NCBI GenBank assembly: GCA_002269645.1
Contig: NIVC01000013.1
Location: 1,178,001 to 1,242,000, forward strand
DNA: 64,000 nucleotides
Reading direction: 5' to 3'
Origin: Macrostomum lignano
Lineage: Eukaryota
The notes under the pieces are model-generated. The model searched no databases. It worked only from the letters and a program-made list of their open reading frames with translations, and had not been told where the DNA came from. This document shows positions 63,431 through 64,000 of the stretch, one piece after another; the first letter of the stretch is position 1, and each line of letters starts with the position of its first letter. Made by a program: the position numbers and the translations under genes.

Positions 63431-64000
63431 TTTTAGAGTCAGACAGACATTGCCTGGCATTCTGTGGAGTACCCCAGCAAACAATATCAACGTTTGCCTC
63501 AAACCCTAATTTTACACGAATGTGCTCCATTTTATTTCTACCTCTATCCTACTAACATTAATTTGTTTGTGTATGGCCTTAGATTTCAGAATACATGCAA
63601 AAGTAGTTCCAGGTATTGGAATTCCCCGGGTTCAAAATCCGCGGGTTTCAACAGCTTGTCATATTTATAAATATTGATACAATAATAGATTTAAAATGAA
63701 TTATTCATAATATAAAAATTTTAATCTTTTAGTGTTTCTGCCAATTTATTACCATAAGGCTATATATATCAAATATATCACTATTAGTTTATTAGGAAAC
63801 CATTGCTAATAATAATACTATGCAAAAATGGGATAAATATGCAACAAGGTATTTATTATATGCTTGGCTACTTGCTTTATTTAGTAAATAAATATCTATA
63901 GGTCAAGCTACAATAAAAGCTAGGCCTAAAGCCCTAAAACAAAGGGAATGATTATAATGTAATATAATTCCATTTTAGCATCTATCTTCCGAATTATTAC

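Noticed and set aside
62182-63509. 400-aa Leu/Ser-rich and Arg/Glu-rich ORFs
   Set aside because: Low-complexity translation of the GA core of a hAT MITE.

Overview
This is eukaryotic, intron-containing, repeat-rich animal DNA. GC-rich exons, AT-rich gaps and a minisatellite in most introns resemble a free-living flatworm such as Macrostomum; that is an inference, not a database result. Host genes assembled with GT-AG junctions: a secreted, GPI-type Cys-rich protein (+), a STE/MAP3K-like kinase (-), an ARM-repeat protein (-), RSRC2-like (+), RTF2 (+), a cytosolic sulfotransferase (+), an intronless class I/II PLP aminotransferase (-) and a UCHL1/3-family deubiquitinase (-, first exon not found). 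Roughly a third of the window is about 23 unrelated tandem arrays, which generate most long ORFs in the supplied track. Mobile DNA includes a decayed RTE-like LINE, a CORE-type SINE with 8 tandem tRNA-like heads, hAT-type MITEs and two 42-57 bp palindromic micro-elements with 8-bp target duplications. A nest of three EnSpm/CACTA-like elements spans 52156-61003. The outer element carries a 557-codon frame, interrupted by two TAG stops, that starts with a LOTUS/OST-HTH-like domain. This is the best candidate for an undescribed system: a transposon-borne mimic of piRNA-pathway factors.
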